Source: a candidate division WOR-3 bacterium
Lineage (GTDB): Bacteria > Hydrothermota > Tepidihabitantia > Tepidihabitantales > CAIPLT01
NCBI GenBank assembly: GCA_026418155.1
Contig: JAOABV010000001.1
Coordinates: 457-64,456, forward strand
Direction of reading: 5' to 3'
DNA: 64,000 nt
The translations under genes and the position numbers were made by a program. Position 1 is the first letter of the stretch. Every line of letters begins with the position of its first letter. A model generated the notes under the pieces. The model was not told the DNA's origin, did no database searches, and saw only the letters and a list, made by a program, of their open reading frames with translations. Shown here in pieces: positions 20,002-31,471 of the stretch.

Positions 20002-20070
20002 CATAGGAGGATACACCTTTATTTTTAACATATCAAGCCTAAATTTACACAAAATATTATACACTACCTT
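20002..20070. repeat. dispersed ~70-bp repeat family, copy A
   Basis: ataggaggata.a.ctttatttttaacata.caag.ctaaatttacacaaaatattatac.ctacc shared with 48346-48424, 48650-48698, 29535-29725. Confidence 0.7.
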
Positions 20071-20205
20071 TTCTTTTTACTAATACATTTCTGTATTCCG
20101 TATCTTCCTTCTTCTTTATAAGAATGCTTCAGAAAATTGCTTCTAAACAAAACCCCAAATTAGTTATTTTAGTGACTTCAGGAAGAGAAAATAATTTCCC
20201 GGACC

Positions 20206-21300
20206 TTATGTCAGTTTTTTGATGTTTTCTTCAGGACTGATTGATTCCAGACTTGATAGTTTATCGTCAAATTTAATAAGTTTCTTTTCCGCAGATTCGT
20301 ATTTTCCTTGGGCATTTCTCAAATGCGTTCCTAAGGTTTCAAAATCTTCGCGAAAACTATCAAAATCATTGGTCAGTTTTTGTAATGCTTGTAAAATCTG
20401 TTCCGCGCTCTGCTCAATTTTCAAACCGCGTAAACCAAGCACAATTGCTTGAAGATAAGCATAAAGACTATTCGGCGAAACCGGAATCACTTTCCGCTCT
20501 AAGGCATATTTAGCAACACTCTTCTCCTCTGGATTTTCTTTGATAATTACTTCATAATAGACATTTTCTGCTGGGATATACATCAGCGCAAAGTCATAAG
20601 TTCCCTCATCCGGTAGAATATATTTATTGGCAATATCATCAATATGTTTTCTCACATCTTTTAAGAATTCCTTACGGAATCGCGCTCTTTCGTCATCACT
20701 TGAACTTTCGATGATGCGAGAAAAGTTTTCTAAGGGAAATTTGGCATCTATGGGAACTAATTTCGGACCGAGTTTTACTACTGCATCCACTTTAGCCGAC
20801 TTAAACGGATATTGTAATTCATAATAATCCTGAGGTAAAATCTGGCTCAATAAATCGTTTAGAAAAAATTCACCTAAAAGCCCTCGAGTTTTCGGTGCTT
20901 TCAGAATTTCTGATAATTTAGCAATATCCTTACCCACATCAAATATCTGTTTCGATGCTTGAGCAAGTCCGCCGATTTCTTTTTTAACATCCGAAATCAC
21001 TGTTGCGGCTTTATCTAACCGTTCACCAATATGACCCGTGGTCATTGAAAGTTGCTGAACAATTGTCTGCAGTTGTTGATTAATTTGTGATGTAATTTGT
21101 GCCAGTTGCTGATTAATTAACTGCTGTTGTTTTGTTAAACTATCACTGGTCTGATTTCTTAAACTCTCAATTTGATTCTGTAGCATCATTAAACTCTGTT
21201 CAGCCTGAGGTCTTTGTGGTCGCAACAGCAAATAGATAAGCAATCCAATAATAACAACTGATAGAACTAAGACAACAATATTCATACGAGAAAAATACAC
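20206..21300 (-). CDS. rmuC: DNA recombination protein RmuC
   Basis: N-terminal TM, long coiled coil, RmuC core ...PIDAKFPLENF...DVRKHIDDIANKYI... Confidence 0.75.
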   Translation of the reverse strand: MYFSRMNIVVLVLSVVIIGLLIYLLLRPQRPQAEQSLMMLQNQIESLRNQTSDSLTKQQQLINQQLAQITSQINQQLQTIVQQLSMTTGHIGERLDKAATVISDVKKEIGGLAQASKQIFDVGKDIAKLSEILKAPKTRGLLGEFFLNDLLSQILPQDYYELQYPFKSAKVDAVVKLGPKLVPIDAKFPLENFSRIIESSSDDERARFRKEFLKDVRKHIDDIANKYILPDEGTYDFALMYIPAENVYYEVIIKENPEEKSVAKYALERKVIPVSPNSLYAYLQAIVLGLRGLKIEQSAEQILQALQKLTNDFDSFREDFETLGTHLRNAQGKYESAEKKLIKFDDKLSSLESISPEENIKKLT

Positions 21301-21692
21301 CTATTTTTATGAAATGTCAAGAACAAAAGAACCTTTTGACAAGATTTTTTGTAGGCCTATTAGGAAGGCGTTTTCAAGATTTCTATGTTAAGGGGCTAGG
21401 GTGGGGCTAACCCGTTTTTAGCATTGGGAAAGGCAATATCTGACTTATATGCGGTAGAGAAGGTCGCTTATCAGGTAGAAAACGCTTAAAAAGATTATTC
21501 GTTGTCTTAGATATATTTTATCTTAGATCCTATTGTCTTGTAGGATGTAATCAATATAGTAAATATTTGCCCTGATAAGTGTCTTTGCTTCTTATCTTGT
21601 TAATAATCCAACGAGATTTAAGGCGTTATAATTTATCAGGAATTATAATAATTTTTACTAAAGGTTGTGTGCTAAGAAAGAAATTAAAACAT

Positions 21693-22090
21693 ATGAGAAA
21701 AACTTTTGTCTAAATCTTTAATTTAGACTACACTTCCTTCATCTCAATCGTGTTTTCTTCTTATCATATAGTTACCCAATATTAACAAAATAAGGTATTA
21801 TAAATATATCAATTGAAGTGTATGAGAAAACTCGTTGTCTAAATCTTTAATTTAGACCTCACTTCCTTCATCTCAATCGTGTTTTCTTCTTATCATATAT
21901 TTACTCAGTGTTAATAAAATAAGATATTATAAATATACCAATTGAGGCTTATGTGAAAACTCGTTATCTAAATCTTTAACTTAGATTAGACATCACTGAT
22001 TCCGACCGTGTTTTCTTCTTATTGTTCTTGTTATCCTTTACTGTTGACAGATAAGATATTATAGTTATAAATTATAAATATAAAGTTAAT
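21693..22090. repeat. 3 x ~129-bp degenerate tandem array, each unit carrying a 21-bp palindrome GTCTAAATctttaATTTAGAC (third copy degenerate)
   Basis: Palindromes at 21707-21727, 21836-21856, 21986-22006; units share atgagaaaac...gtgttttcttcttat... Confidence 0.8.
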
Positions 22091-22318
22091 TTGAAGACTA
22101 AATAGTTTGTGTACCTGCGGGACTGTAATGTCACTATCTTTTAATATGAAGATCGTTTGCTACGCATAGTATGATAATTATAAATAGATCTGACGATTTA
22201 ATTTGATGACTAAATATTACCGAGTATTCGAAAAACGATAATGTTGTTATTGGGGGCATAGAGATTATTTGCTACGCTCAACAAAATGATATGACCTTTT
22301 AAGCAAAGACTACATATT

Positions 22319-23293
22319 TTGAAAATCTCGTTTATCTATACTTCACCAATTCCAGACCGATGGCGGGCATTAGATGTTTTACGCGGAGTTGCGCTCTTCT
22401 TTATGATACTGGGAAATTTTCTTGCCTACTATAAAACTCTACCTTCTTGGTTTTGGCATGCTTCTTGGAATGGTCTTACTATTGCTGACTTAGGTGTTCC
22501 AATTTTTCTTTTTGCCCTTGGTATTTCTTATCAACTCTCTTGGCATAAAAGAATTAGATATAATACCAAACTTTCTGCTGTTCTCCATTTCTTAAAAAGA
22601 TACTTTATCCTCTTTGCGTTTGGTTTCTTGGGCTATTTTGTCGCAATGGGCAAATTCCAATGGGAAGTATTACAACTAATCGGTGCAGTTGGAATTTTGG
22701 CTTTGGGCTTTATGTTTATGAAACCATTTCTCCGCATAATTATTGCTCTGTTATTGCTTATCGTTTATCAAATTACAATTCTTAATGGCGCGCACAATTG
22801 GGTTATGAATTTTATAGAAACCGGTTTAGCCGGTCCTTATGCCATTCTTGCCTGGAATTTTGTTCTTATTACGGGTTCAGTGCTGGCGTATTTACTCAAA
22901 TCAAAACAAAAGAAAGATCCCTTTGGTATTTTAGCCATCTGGGCATTAATCTATCTCTTTGTTGGCGCATTACTCTCTTTGCTTATTCCTTTTAATAAAC
23001 ATCTGGTCTCAATCTCTTATATTATATTTTCTACTGGAGTTGCCATCGTGGGATTATTCCTTTTCCACATTATTACTGAAATTGGACATCACCGCATCTT
23101 TATTTTCGAGACCTTAGGTAAAAACGCTTTAGTCGGCTATATTACCAGTCAACTTCTAAGTGTAATTATCTACAAGGTATTACCTAATTTTCAGAATGGA
23201 GCCTTGCTTATCTTTATCTCATTCATAATTTTGTTTATCTGTATTCTCCTTGCTAGTTTTCTGGATACAAGAAAAGTTTATTTTTGGCTTTAA
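22319..23293 (+). CDS. polytopic membrane protein, DUF1624/HGSNAT-like acyltransferase family
   Basis: N-terminal ...RWRALDVLRGVALFFMIL... motif; ~9 TM segments; TTG start. Confidence 0.55.
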   Translation: MKISFIYTSPIPDRWRALDVLRGVALFFMILGNFLAYYKTLPSWFWHASWNGLTIADLGVPIFLFALGISYQLSWHKRIRYNTKLSAVLHFLKRYFILFAFGFLGYFVAMGKFQWEVLQLIGAVGILALGFMFMKPFLRIIIALLLLIVYQITILNGAHNWVMNFIETGLAGPYAILAWNFVLITGSVLAYLLKSKQKKDPFGILAIWALIYLFVGALLSLLIPFNKHLVSISYIIFSTGVAIVGLFLFHIITEIGHHRIFIFETLGKNALVGYITSQLLSVIIYKVLPNFQNGALLIFISFIILFICILLASFLDTRKVYFWL

Positions 23294-23350
23294 GCGAACC
23301 ATTCAGAATAAAATATCCGGGACGATGGTCTTTTGTGAAATTAATCCTGA

Positions 23351-23944
23351 TTATTGAAATTCTTTTCTGCCTTCAAATGCTTCAGAAATAGTTGTTTCGT
23401 CGGCTAAATCTAAATCACTGCCAATGGGTAAGCCCCGAGCAATACGGGTTATTTTAACACCTAACGGTTTTAGCACTTTAACTAAATAATGGGCTGTGGC
23501 TTCACCTTCGCGAGTGGGATTAGTTGCAATGATAACTTCAGCGAATTTCTCTTTAGTTAATCTTTGCACCAGTTCTTTTATTTTTAACTCCTCTGGTCCG
23601 ATATCATCAATTGGTGAAAGCGCTCCGCCTAAGACATGATACAAACCGTTGTATTTATGACTCCTTTCAATGGAAAGAATATCTGCCGGGTCTTCAACCA
23701 CACATATTATAGTTCGGTCACGGTCAGGTGCTTGACAGATCTCACAGAGTTCATTCTCTGTGAGATTAAAACACACCGGACAGAAATGAAGTTTTCTTTT
23801 GGCTTCAATGATGGCTTGAGCCAAGTCTTCGACTTCTTCGGTTTTGGCTTTAAGCAGATAGAAACTTATGCGCTGAGCAGTTTTTCGGCCAATACTCGGT
23901 AATTTCATCAGTTGTTCAATGAGATTATTAAGAACCTTGGTCAT
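23351..23944 (-). CDS. recR: recombination protein RecR
   Basis: HhH, C4 zinc finger CPVCFNLTENELCEIC, Toprim. Confidence 0.9.
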   Translation of the reverse strand: MTKVLNNLIEQLMKLPSIGRKTAQRISFYLLKAKTEEVEDLAQAIIEAKRKLHFCPVCFNLTENELCEICQAPDRDRTIICVVEDPADILSIERSHKYNGLYHVLGGALSPIDDIGPEELKIKELVQRLTKEKFAEVIIATNPTREGEATAHYLVKVLKPLGVKITRIARGLPIGSDLDLADETTISEAFEGRKEFQ

Positions 23945-24036
23945 ATTTTTATTCAGAATGATATATTTCGATTTTCAAGTAGAAATTTAATCCTCTTGCT
24001 GATTTTACGATTTCATTAAGCAAGATGCAAGTAGTT

Positions 24037-24336
24037 TCACACCTGAGGAAATGGTGGTAAGGGAAATCCAATGATTCTTTCAATTTCCTTTTGGACTTCT
24101 TCTTTTGCTTTATTTTTGGCTTCATTAACTGCGGCTACGATTAAGTCTTGTAACATCTCAAGGTCTAAATCTTTTAGCAGTTCCGGCTCAATTTTAATTG
24201 AGACAATATTGCCATATCCGTCAGCAACTGCTTTTACCATATCGCCGCCGGCTGAGGCTTCAGCTTTAACTTTAGCCATTGCTTGATTGATAGTTTCTTG
24301 AATTTTTGCCAGTTTCTTAAAATCGAAATTCATCAT
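24037..24336 (-). CDS. ybaB: YbaB/EbfC nucleoid-associated protein
   Basis: ~100 aa, conserved position between dnaX and recR. Confidence 0.85.
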   Translation of the reverse strand: MMNFDFKKLAKIQETINQAMAKVKAEASAGGDMVKAVADGYGNIVSIKIEPELLKDLDLEMLQDLIVAAVNEAKNKAKEEVQKEIERIIGFPLPPFPQV

Positions 24337-24468
24337 ACTAAAATGCTATTCTTAAAAATCTTGCAGTAGTTAATACAAACAGATTAAGACTTTCCGTGAC
24401 TTTGTCTTTGGCACCAAAGGAGCGCATATTCTTTAGAATTATAGTCCTTTTGCAAAGGGCATTTTAAA

Positions 24469-26211
24469 TTATTTTATGCGTTTGCCATTAGGAAAGACCG
24501 ACTTAAAAATTGCTTCTGGGTCAGTTAACGGTTGGTTTTTATCTGCTCGAATTGATTGGTTTACCTGTTCGGTATCTGAGGTTAGGGGTTCTTTTTCTTT
24601 TAGGGTATCATTACTAACACAAACTTGAGAAATTTGCAAAGCAATGCGTATGGGCTTTTTTAGCATCTCCGACAAGCGACGTTCAATATCGGATTTTTCT
24701 TGTTCAATAAAATCCTTATGGTCTGAAGCCGATTTTTGGTCTAAGATGAGTATTATTGTATTGTTGACCATTTTATCAACTGAGACCATTGCCAAACATT
24801 GGGCTAAATACGGCCGGCAATTCTTTAACTCAGAAATTAAACATTGCCATAACATTAATAAGGCTGAAGCGTCTGAAACATCAATTTGTTCCCAAGACGT
24901 ATTTGTTTCCGAGAGAGATTGAGGAACCCTTTCGCCGATTAAATTTGAAGTAGGTTCTGAGATTGTCTCAATAGTTTGAGCATCATTAGAATTTCGGTTA
25001 CTGAGTTTCGAATTCACTTCATTGATGGTCTCAGTAGTCTTGGGAGTATTAGTATTTCTGGTAGTGAATTTTGCATTCACTTCGTTTTTCGAAAGACTTA
25101 GACATTTGGTGGTATCAACTGATAAATCCAGCAGTCGCAAAGAAAGAATTTCAAAAAGAATCTTTGGCTCTGTACTTCTTTTTACTTCGTTCTCATTATC
25201 CGCAATAAATTTCATTATGGCTAAGATTTTTTCCTGACTGAATTTTTGGGCTTGTTCTGCTAACTTCGGATAATCACTGGGAAGTATTCCCAATATATGT
25301 TTTTTAACGCCTAATTTCACCATTAACAATAACCGAAAGTGCTCTAACAATCCAGAGAAAAATTCCATAAAATCATAACCAGTCGAAAAGATTCGGTCGA
25401 TAAATTCTAACATTTTCCGTTCTGGATTACTATCATTAGTCAAAATCAGTTCGGTATACTCAAAGAAGACGGATGACGAGATAATGCCTAAAAGGTCTTC
25501 CACATCTTTTAATTCAATGCCTTCAGGTTTATATGCTCGCAGTTGGTCCAGGATGCTTTCCGCATCGCGTATTGAGCCGTCAGCGCGTTTACCAATAGCA
25601 AATAGTGCTTCTTCGCTGACTTTAATATTTTCTTTTTCTGCAATCCATTGTAATCGTTTAACAATTTCTTCAACTGTTGCTCGGTGGAAATCAAATCGTT
25701 GGCAACGCGATAAAATTGTGCTGGGTACTTTATGAGGTGCGGTCGTGGCAAAAATAAACTTTACATGTTTGGGCGGTTCTTCTAAGGTTTTAAGCAAAGC
25801 ATTAAATGCCTGTTCGGTTAACATATGGACTTCGTCAATAATATAGATTTTATAGGGGCACGCGGTTGGCAAATATTTTATATTCTCGCGCAGTTCGCGA
25901 ATTTGGTCAATGCCTCGATTAGATGCACCGTCAATTTCAATTACATCTAAACTCTGGGAATTAGTAATTTCTTGGCAAACCGAACATTTTTGACAAGGGG
26001 TTAAAGTTGGACCCTTAACACAATTCAGACTCTTTGCCAAAATTCGAGCAGTAGTTGTTTTGCCGACGCCTCGTGGACCAGCAAAAAGATAAGCATGGGC
26101 TACTCGATTATCTTTAATTGCCTTTTTGAGTGTTGTTTTAATATGTTCTTGAATCCATAATTCGTCCAAAGTTTGGGGTCGGTATTTTAGCGGTAAAACC
26201 TGATAATCCAT
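24469..26211 (-). CDS. dnaX: DNA polymerase III subunit gamma/tau
   Basis: Walker A GPRGVGKTT, zinc module C..C.C..C, clamp-loader sensor motifs. Confidence 0.9.
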   Translation of the reverse strand: MDYQVLPLKYRPQTLDELWIQEHIKTTLKKAIKDNRVAHAYLFAGPRGVGKTTTARILAKSLNCVKGPTLTPCQKCSVCQEITNSQSLDVIEIDGASNRGIDQIRELRENIKYLPTACPYKIYIIDEVHMLTEQAFNALLKTLEEPPKHVKFIFATTAPHKVPSTILSRCQRFDFHRATVEEIVKRLQWIAEKENIKVSEEALFAIGKRADGSIRDAESILDQLRAYKPEGIELKDVEDLLGIISSSVFFEYTELILTNDSNPERKMLEFIDRIFSTGYDFMEFFSGLLEHFRLLLMVKLGVKKHILGILPSDYPKLAEQAQKFSQEKILAIMKFIADNENEVKRSTEPKILFEILSLRLLDLSVDTTKCLSLSKNEVNAKFTTRNTNTPKTTETINEVNSKLSNRNSNDAQTIETISEPTSNLIGERVPQSLSETNTSWEQIDVSDASALLMLWQCLISELKNCRPYLAQCLAMVSVDKMVNNTIILILDQKSASDHKDFIEQEKSDIERRLSEMLKKPIRIALQISQVCVSNDTLKEKEPLTSDTEQVNQSIRADKNQPLTDPEAIFKSVFPNGKRIK

Positions 26212-26246
26212 ACTTATTAACCAACAGAGTCGATAATATCAAACAT

Positions 26247-26527
<281 letters not shown>

Positions 26528-26650
26528 TAACAGGTTTCATTGGGTAAATTAACTTAGTTCTAATGTCCCATTAAAAGAACCAGTATAATTTGCTTTCTCA
26601 TATTAAAAGAACTAAAGTAAATTCCTTCATCTGATGTTTGTTAACTGACT

Positions 26651-27622
26651 CTATTGTTTGAATTGTGCTGGTTCAGGAAACAAGGGCTGAATGTCAAATG
26701 AATTCATCAAAACGCCGGCTTCCACCATTCTGCTCATTAAAGTAATCACAGCGCCTTTATTGATTTCAACCAGTTTTTGAAATTGTGGTAAGTAGACATT
26801 TTGATAGCGGTTCGGGTCTAAATTATAGAACTTCAAAAACATTTTCCGCGAATCTTCCACATTAGCATCAACAAAAGCAACCGTTGCATCAAGTAATACT
26901 TTCAGTTTAGTTGCAATTCTTTTCTGGTTCTTAATTAGTTTAGCGGTTATCGTATAGGCTGAGCCGGGAAATGGTGCTACGATATTTTTCGGCAGAACTG
27001 CTTCAACTAATGCAACCAGACCTTGATTCAAAGCCGAAGTTCGCTCTGGTTCTAAGACTAAGATTGCATCCAGTTGATTTTGGCTCAATGCAGAAACTAA
27101 TGCGGAATTAGGCATTTCAATTAATTTAATTTCTGTCTCTTTAATGCCTAATTGTTTCAACACCACTGGTATTAGTTCTCGCACCTGAGGCGGATAACCG
27201 AATCTTTTATTTTTTAGTCCTTTTAAGTCTTTAATTTTCGTCTTATTAACTGGATTAATAAAGATGGCATCAATCGGAATGGAAACGCGGAATTCAACAG
27301 AACTTAACACTTTGAATGAATCTGATGTAATAGGAACATATTTCAGTAAAGTTGGCCAAGGCACAATGGCACAGTGGATTTTTGCTAAAGTCAAATCATT
27401 TAGCATTAGGTTCGGGTCAGAATAATAAACAAATTCTGGAATTATCCGTTCGTTCTTAAAAAAGTTTTTTTCTTGAGTAACTGCAAACACTACTGAACTA
27501 ACCGTGCTATCACACCCGATTCGGACAGTAACGGGACGACTTTCCTGCCACTGCGGATAGACAATAATAAATATCAAAACTAATGTTAAAATCGCAATAA
27601 TAGCATTAAGTAATTTCGTCAT
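26651..27622 (-). CDS. ABC-transporter substrate-binding protein, NMT1/SsuA-like (nitrate/sulfonate/bicarbonate family)
   Basis: N-terminal TM/signal anchor; periplasmic-binding fold pattern; weak family assignment. Confidence 0.5.
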   Translation of the reverse strand: MTKLLNAIIAILTLVLIFIIVYPQWQESRPVTVRIGCDSTVSSVVFAVTQEKNFFKNERIIPEFVYYSDPNLMLNDLTLAKIHCAIVPWPTLLKYVPITSDSFKVLSSVEFRVSIPIDAIFINPVNKTKIKDLKGLKNKRFGYPPQVRELIPVVLKQLGIKETEIKLIEMPNSALVSALSQNQLDAILVLEPERTSALNQGLVALVEAVLPKNIVAPFPGSAYTITAKLIKNQKRIATKLKVLLDATVAFVDANVEDSRKMFLKFYNLDPNRYQNVYLPQFQKLVEINKGAVITLMSRMVEAGVLMNSFDIQPLFPEPAQFKQ

Positions 27623-27715
27623 TTTTCACCCCTTATCTTGCCACAGAGTTTTAGCATCCACTTCTCAGTCGGACTGAAGAAAATGTTACTGCAGTCAAAC
27701 ATTGAACCCTGTAGC

Positions 27716-27975
27716 ATATTTTATTTAAGGTTGTTTTTTGATACTTTTTACCTTTTGGGAATATCTCATACATTTTTTGTTCATTTTTTCCGATTAGAAA
27801 TTTGCCTTCTTAAGGTTGCCTTTTGATTCTTTCACCTTTTGGGAGTATCTCATACACTTTTCTGTTCTGTTCACTTTTTTCCGATTAGAAATTGTTTTCT
27901 TAAGGTTGTTTTTTAATTCTTTCCCCTTCTTGAAGTATCTCGTAGGCTTTTTTCTGTTCACCTTTTTCCCGGTAA
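27716..27975. repeat. 3 x ~93-bp tandem repeat; the innermost copy is the coding 3' end of the TPR gene (minus strand), the outer two are decayed copies with stops
   Basis: cttaaggttg.tttt.a..ctttc.cc.t.t.g.agtatctc.ta...tttt.tgttca at 27716, 27807, 27900. Confidence 0.8.
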
Positions 27976-29456
27976 CAAACTGCTAAATTTCGATAAGCGG
28001 ATTGATTTTTCGGATTTAAGGCTAAAACTGTATTAAACGAGACAATTGCAGAATCATACTTTTTAAGATTAGTTTGGACTGCGCCATAAAACAACATCAA
28101 TTCTTCAACTGCTACTGGGTCTAATCCGCTGACAAAAACCTTTGATAAATTAGAAGCCAGTTCAGCCGGTGTTGTATTCTTTAGACTTGGAAAGTATAAA
28201 TACCAGTAGCCGGTCTTAAAAGTCTTTCTCTTATCAAGTTCTTGTTCCACATCTTTAATCAATTCTGTTTTAATTTCCCAATAGCCTTTTTTCATATCAT
28301 CAACTCCTGCAATCAGACTACGAGCCAAAGATTCTTTTAATGATGACAATGGCAATAGAGCTAATTGCGTGATTGAACTGAAAATCTTTTCGGCTTCAGT
28401 ATCAGCGCCGGAGCGATATTGGGTAAAGCCTAAATTAAACAACGCATCATAATCTAAGGGATTATAGCGCAGGACTTCATTAAAATAATTACTGGCGAGA
28501 CTAAGATATTGTTTTTGCTGGGTTTCGGTGGTAAAAGTATTTGCTTTTTGTAATGCGGATGAGCCGGCATAGAAATAACTGCTACTAAGCAGATTAATAA
28601 TCAGATAAATCTCGTTACTCATACCGGCTAATTTTGTCATTTTCGGTTTGGCTTTTAACGATTCGGCAATATAACTTTCAAGTTGTTTTGTGCCGCGCAA
28701 TTCTGATAACTTAATTAAGACCGTTTCGGTTTTAGGCGAGTCGATTTTTAATTCCGTGCTTAACAAATCTTTGGCTTTATTAAGGCTATTAGTGAATTGT
28801 TTGACCGATTTTTCATAATAAAACAAAGAAGAATCCCAGTCCTGCTTTTTAAAGAAATATTTCCCTAAAATGACATTAATTTGTGGGTTGAGCGAATCTA
28901 ATTGAAAAAGTTTATCCGCAATCCCTTTAATTTTTGCGACACTGTCGACTGTGCTATAAATCTGGGCTAATTGTAAATAACCTTGAATATTTTTCGGGTC
29001 AGATTCTGTTGCCCGAGTAAAATATTTAATTGCCAGGTCGTAATTGCCCTTTTGATTCATAATATTACCTGCTCGGGTGAACGCATTAAACACCGTATAT
29101 TGAATATTATTATCCTTAAGCATCTTATCAACATAATCTCGAGCATCGATAAAACAAGTATCAAAATTCTCGGCTGATTCAACTGATTTACCTAACTTTT
29201 CTAAACTCAATGCTAACCAGAACCGGGCTTCAGGATTTCCTGGATAACTATTTAGTGCCGATTGAAATTGCTGAAAGGCTCTTTCATACCGGCCACCTTG
29301 AAAATGGATTCTACCCCCGCGCAGAAGGGCATCCAAAGGTGTTGCACTATAAGCCCAGTTAAAAACGATTCCTAAAAGCCAAAGGCAAATTATCCATCGC
29401 CAAGACTTCATTAACACCTCCAAAATTGAGATTATGGGCAATGATGAAAACTGCAT
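27900..29456 (-). CDS. TPR-repeat protein with N-terminal signal/TM
   Basis: Multiple 34-aa TPR-like units (..AYRNLAVCYREKGEQKKAYE..). Confidence 0.7.
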   Translation of the reverse strand: MQFSSLPIISILEVLMKSWRWIICLWLLGIVFNWAYSATPLDALLRGGRIHFQGGRYERAFQQFQSALNSYPGNPEARFWLALSLEKLGKSVESAENFDTCFIDARDYVDKMLKDNNIQYTVFNAFTRAGNIMNQKGNYDLAIKYFTRATESDPKNIQGYLQLAQIYSTVDSVAKIKGIADKLFQLDSLNPQINVILGKYFFKKQDWDSSLFYYEKSVKQFTNSLNKAKDLLSTELKIDSPKTETVLIKLSELRGTKQLESYIAESLKAKPKMTKLAGMSNEIYLIINLLSSSYFYAGSSALQKANTFTTETQQKQYLSLASNYFNEVLRYNPLDYDALFNLGFTQYRSGADTEAEKIFSSITQLALLPLSSLKESLARSLIAGVDDMKKGYWEIKTELIKDVEQELDKRKTFKTGYWYLYFPSLKNTTPAELASNLSKVFVSGLDPVAVEELMLFYGAVQTNLKKYDSAIVSFNTVLALNPKNQSAYRNLAVCYREKGEQKKAYEILQEGERIKKQP

Positions 29457-29534
29457 TCTGATATTTCATTAAACAAGCAAAATCAATCTTTTCCAAATTC
29501 GATACTAAAAAATTAAGATTATTATAATTTAACA

Positions 29535-29725
29535 TATCTTTAAAGTCAACTATATTTAACATATTATGTCTAAATTTACCCAGAATATTATATGCTACCA
29601 TAAGCAGACACATCTTTATCTTTAACATACCAAGTCTATATTTAACCAGAACATATACATTACCATTAAAAGAGCATCATTTATCTTTAACATAGCAAGT
29701 CTAAATTTATTCAAAGTATTTATGC
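29535..29725. repeat. dispersed ~70-bp repeat family, locus D (two tandem partial copies)
   Basis: ctttaacata[cg]caagtcta[ta]atttaa.. at 29621 and 29684. Confidence 0.65.
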
Positions 29726-29740
29726 TATCTTTTTATTTAC

Positions 29741-30643
29741 TCACATCTGTAATTGCATTAGTCGTTGGATACGCTTTTCTATTGGTGGGTGGGTTGCAAA
29801 AAGATTAGAGATGGAACTCCGGTCTGAACCAAAAGGATTAGCAATAAAAAGATGGGCCGTGGCATCTGATGCGGACCGGAGTTTGCCTTGATAATTTTTG
29901 ATTTTGGCTAAGGCTGAGGCTAAACCATTTGGATAACGCAACAGATAAGCACCAGAAGCATCTGCCAGATATTCTCGCTCGCGCGATATTGCGGCACGGA
30001 TCAACCAGACTAAAATTGGTGCAATAATTGCTAACGCAATTCCCACTATTATTAAAACGCCACCGCCACTGCGTCGTTCTCGGTCTCTGCCTTTAGGCAT
30101 AAAAAACATTGATCGCAAAAATATATCTCGAAATAAGATAATCAGACCACCGATAATCGCAGCCACGGTCATAATCAGAATGTCATAATTTCTAATATGC
30201 GAAATCTCATGCGCAATCACACCTTGAAGTTCTTCACGATTCATCATTGATAAAAGCCCGGTAGTTACAGCCACCGAAGCCTTTTGGGGATTACGGCCAG
30301 TAGCAAAGGCATTAGGCATTGGGTCAGCGATAATATAAACTTTCGGTTTAGGAATACCCGCGGCAATAGCGCATTCTTCAACAACATTATGAAGTTGGGG
30401 ATATTTATCTGCAGAAGCAACTTGGGCTGATGAAAAGGCTAAGGCAATTTTATCCGAATTGTAATATAACAGAATATTATAAAAGATGATAAACAATCCG
30501 AAAAAGATATAACCTGCAGTTCCCCAGTGAAAGATTTGAACTAAGACATAACCGACGACACCTAAGATTAAACTAAAAGCAACAATAAAAAGACCTGTGC
30601 GGATTTTATTCTTATTAATTAAATCATACAGAGTTTGTCTCAT
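29741..30643 (-). CDS. htpX: M48 zinc metalloprotease HtpX
   Basis: HEISH motif ([12 protein letters not shown]), 4 TM, ..ATHPP..EKRIQRL. Confidence 0.9.
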   Translation of the reverse strand: MRQTLYDLINKNKIRTGLFIVAFSLILGVVGYVLVQIFHWGTAGYIFFGLFIIFYNILLYYNSDKIALAFSSAQVASADKYPQLHNVVEECAIAAGIPKPKVYIIADPMPNAFATGRNPQKASVAVTTGLLSMMNREELQGVIAHEISHIRNYDILIMTVAAIIGGLIILFRDIFLRSMFFMPKGRDRERRSGGGVLIIVGIALAIIAPILVWLIRAAISREREYLADASGAYLLRYPNGLASALAKIKNYQGKLRSASDATAHLFIANPFGSDRSSISNLFATHPPIEKRIQRLMQLQM

Positions 30644-30672
30644 ACCTTAAAACTGCTATCCGCGATTTGCTA

Positions 30673-31224
30673 TTAGTCTTGTGTAAACGATACTTTAACA
30701 GGTGCTTTTTCTGTTTCTGGAATCGTATAAAATTCTTCGGGTCGGAATCGGAAGATGCCGGCAACTATATTAGAGGGAAACCGTTCGATTATAATTTTAT
30801 ACGCCATTGCCTCATCATTATAAAATTGTCGGGCAAAGGCGATTTTATTTTCTGTAGCCGAAAGTTCTTCTTGAAGTCTTAAGAAATTCTCATTAGCTTT
30901 AAGTGTGGGGTAATTTTCTGCAACCGCAAACAAGGATTTCAGGGTTTCGGAGAGCGCATTATTGGCTTTAGCGGTCTCACCGACTGTTTTAGCCGAAAGG
31001 GCTTGGGCTCGTGCTTGCGTAACTTTTTCCAACAATTCCCGTTCGTGTTGGGCATAACCTTTAACTGTTTCAACTAAATTCGGAATCAAATCATATCGGC
31101 GCTTTAACTGAACATCAATCTGTGCCCAGGCATTTTTAACTCGATTCTTTCGACTGACTAAAACATTATAAGTGCTAACTAACCAAACAACAATAATCGC
31201 AATAACTATTAACAGAATAATCAT
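30673..31224 (-). CDS. lemA: LemA-family membrane protein
   Basis: N-terminal TM + LemA core ...[30 protein letters not shown]...; classic lemA-htpX pair. Confidence 0.85.
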   Translation of the reverse strand: MIILLIVIAIIVVWLVSTYNVLVSRKNRVKNAWAQIDVQLKRRYDLIPNLVETVKGYAQHERELLEKVTQARAQALSAKTVGETAKANNALSETLKSLFAVAENYPTLKANENFLRLQEELSATENKIAFARQFYNDEAMAYKIIIERFPSNIVAGIFRFRPEEFYTIPETEKAPVKVSFTQD

Positions 31225-31471
31225 AAATTACTCCTTATGCTGAATTCATCCAACCAATTAAAACACAAATTATAAACATAATGTTTGCGCTGATAATGTA
31301 TCTGACAATAATATTAATAATACCTTTCATTTTTAAGAATGTCAATACCGAATGCAATGTGTCCAAGAGATACTATACAGTTTATGAGATTTAATTATAA
31401 TGGATATGTGAAACAGGTCTTGAAATTAGCAAAAATTAATTTTAAACGTTTATTCAAAAACATAAAGCAAT

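Noticed and set aside
21693-22090. CRISPR array (also considered for 58108-58325 and 59698-59890)
   Set aside because: Repeat units are 60-130 bp, contiguous and mutually decaying with no unique spacers; there are no cas genes.
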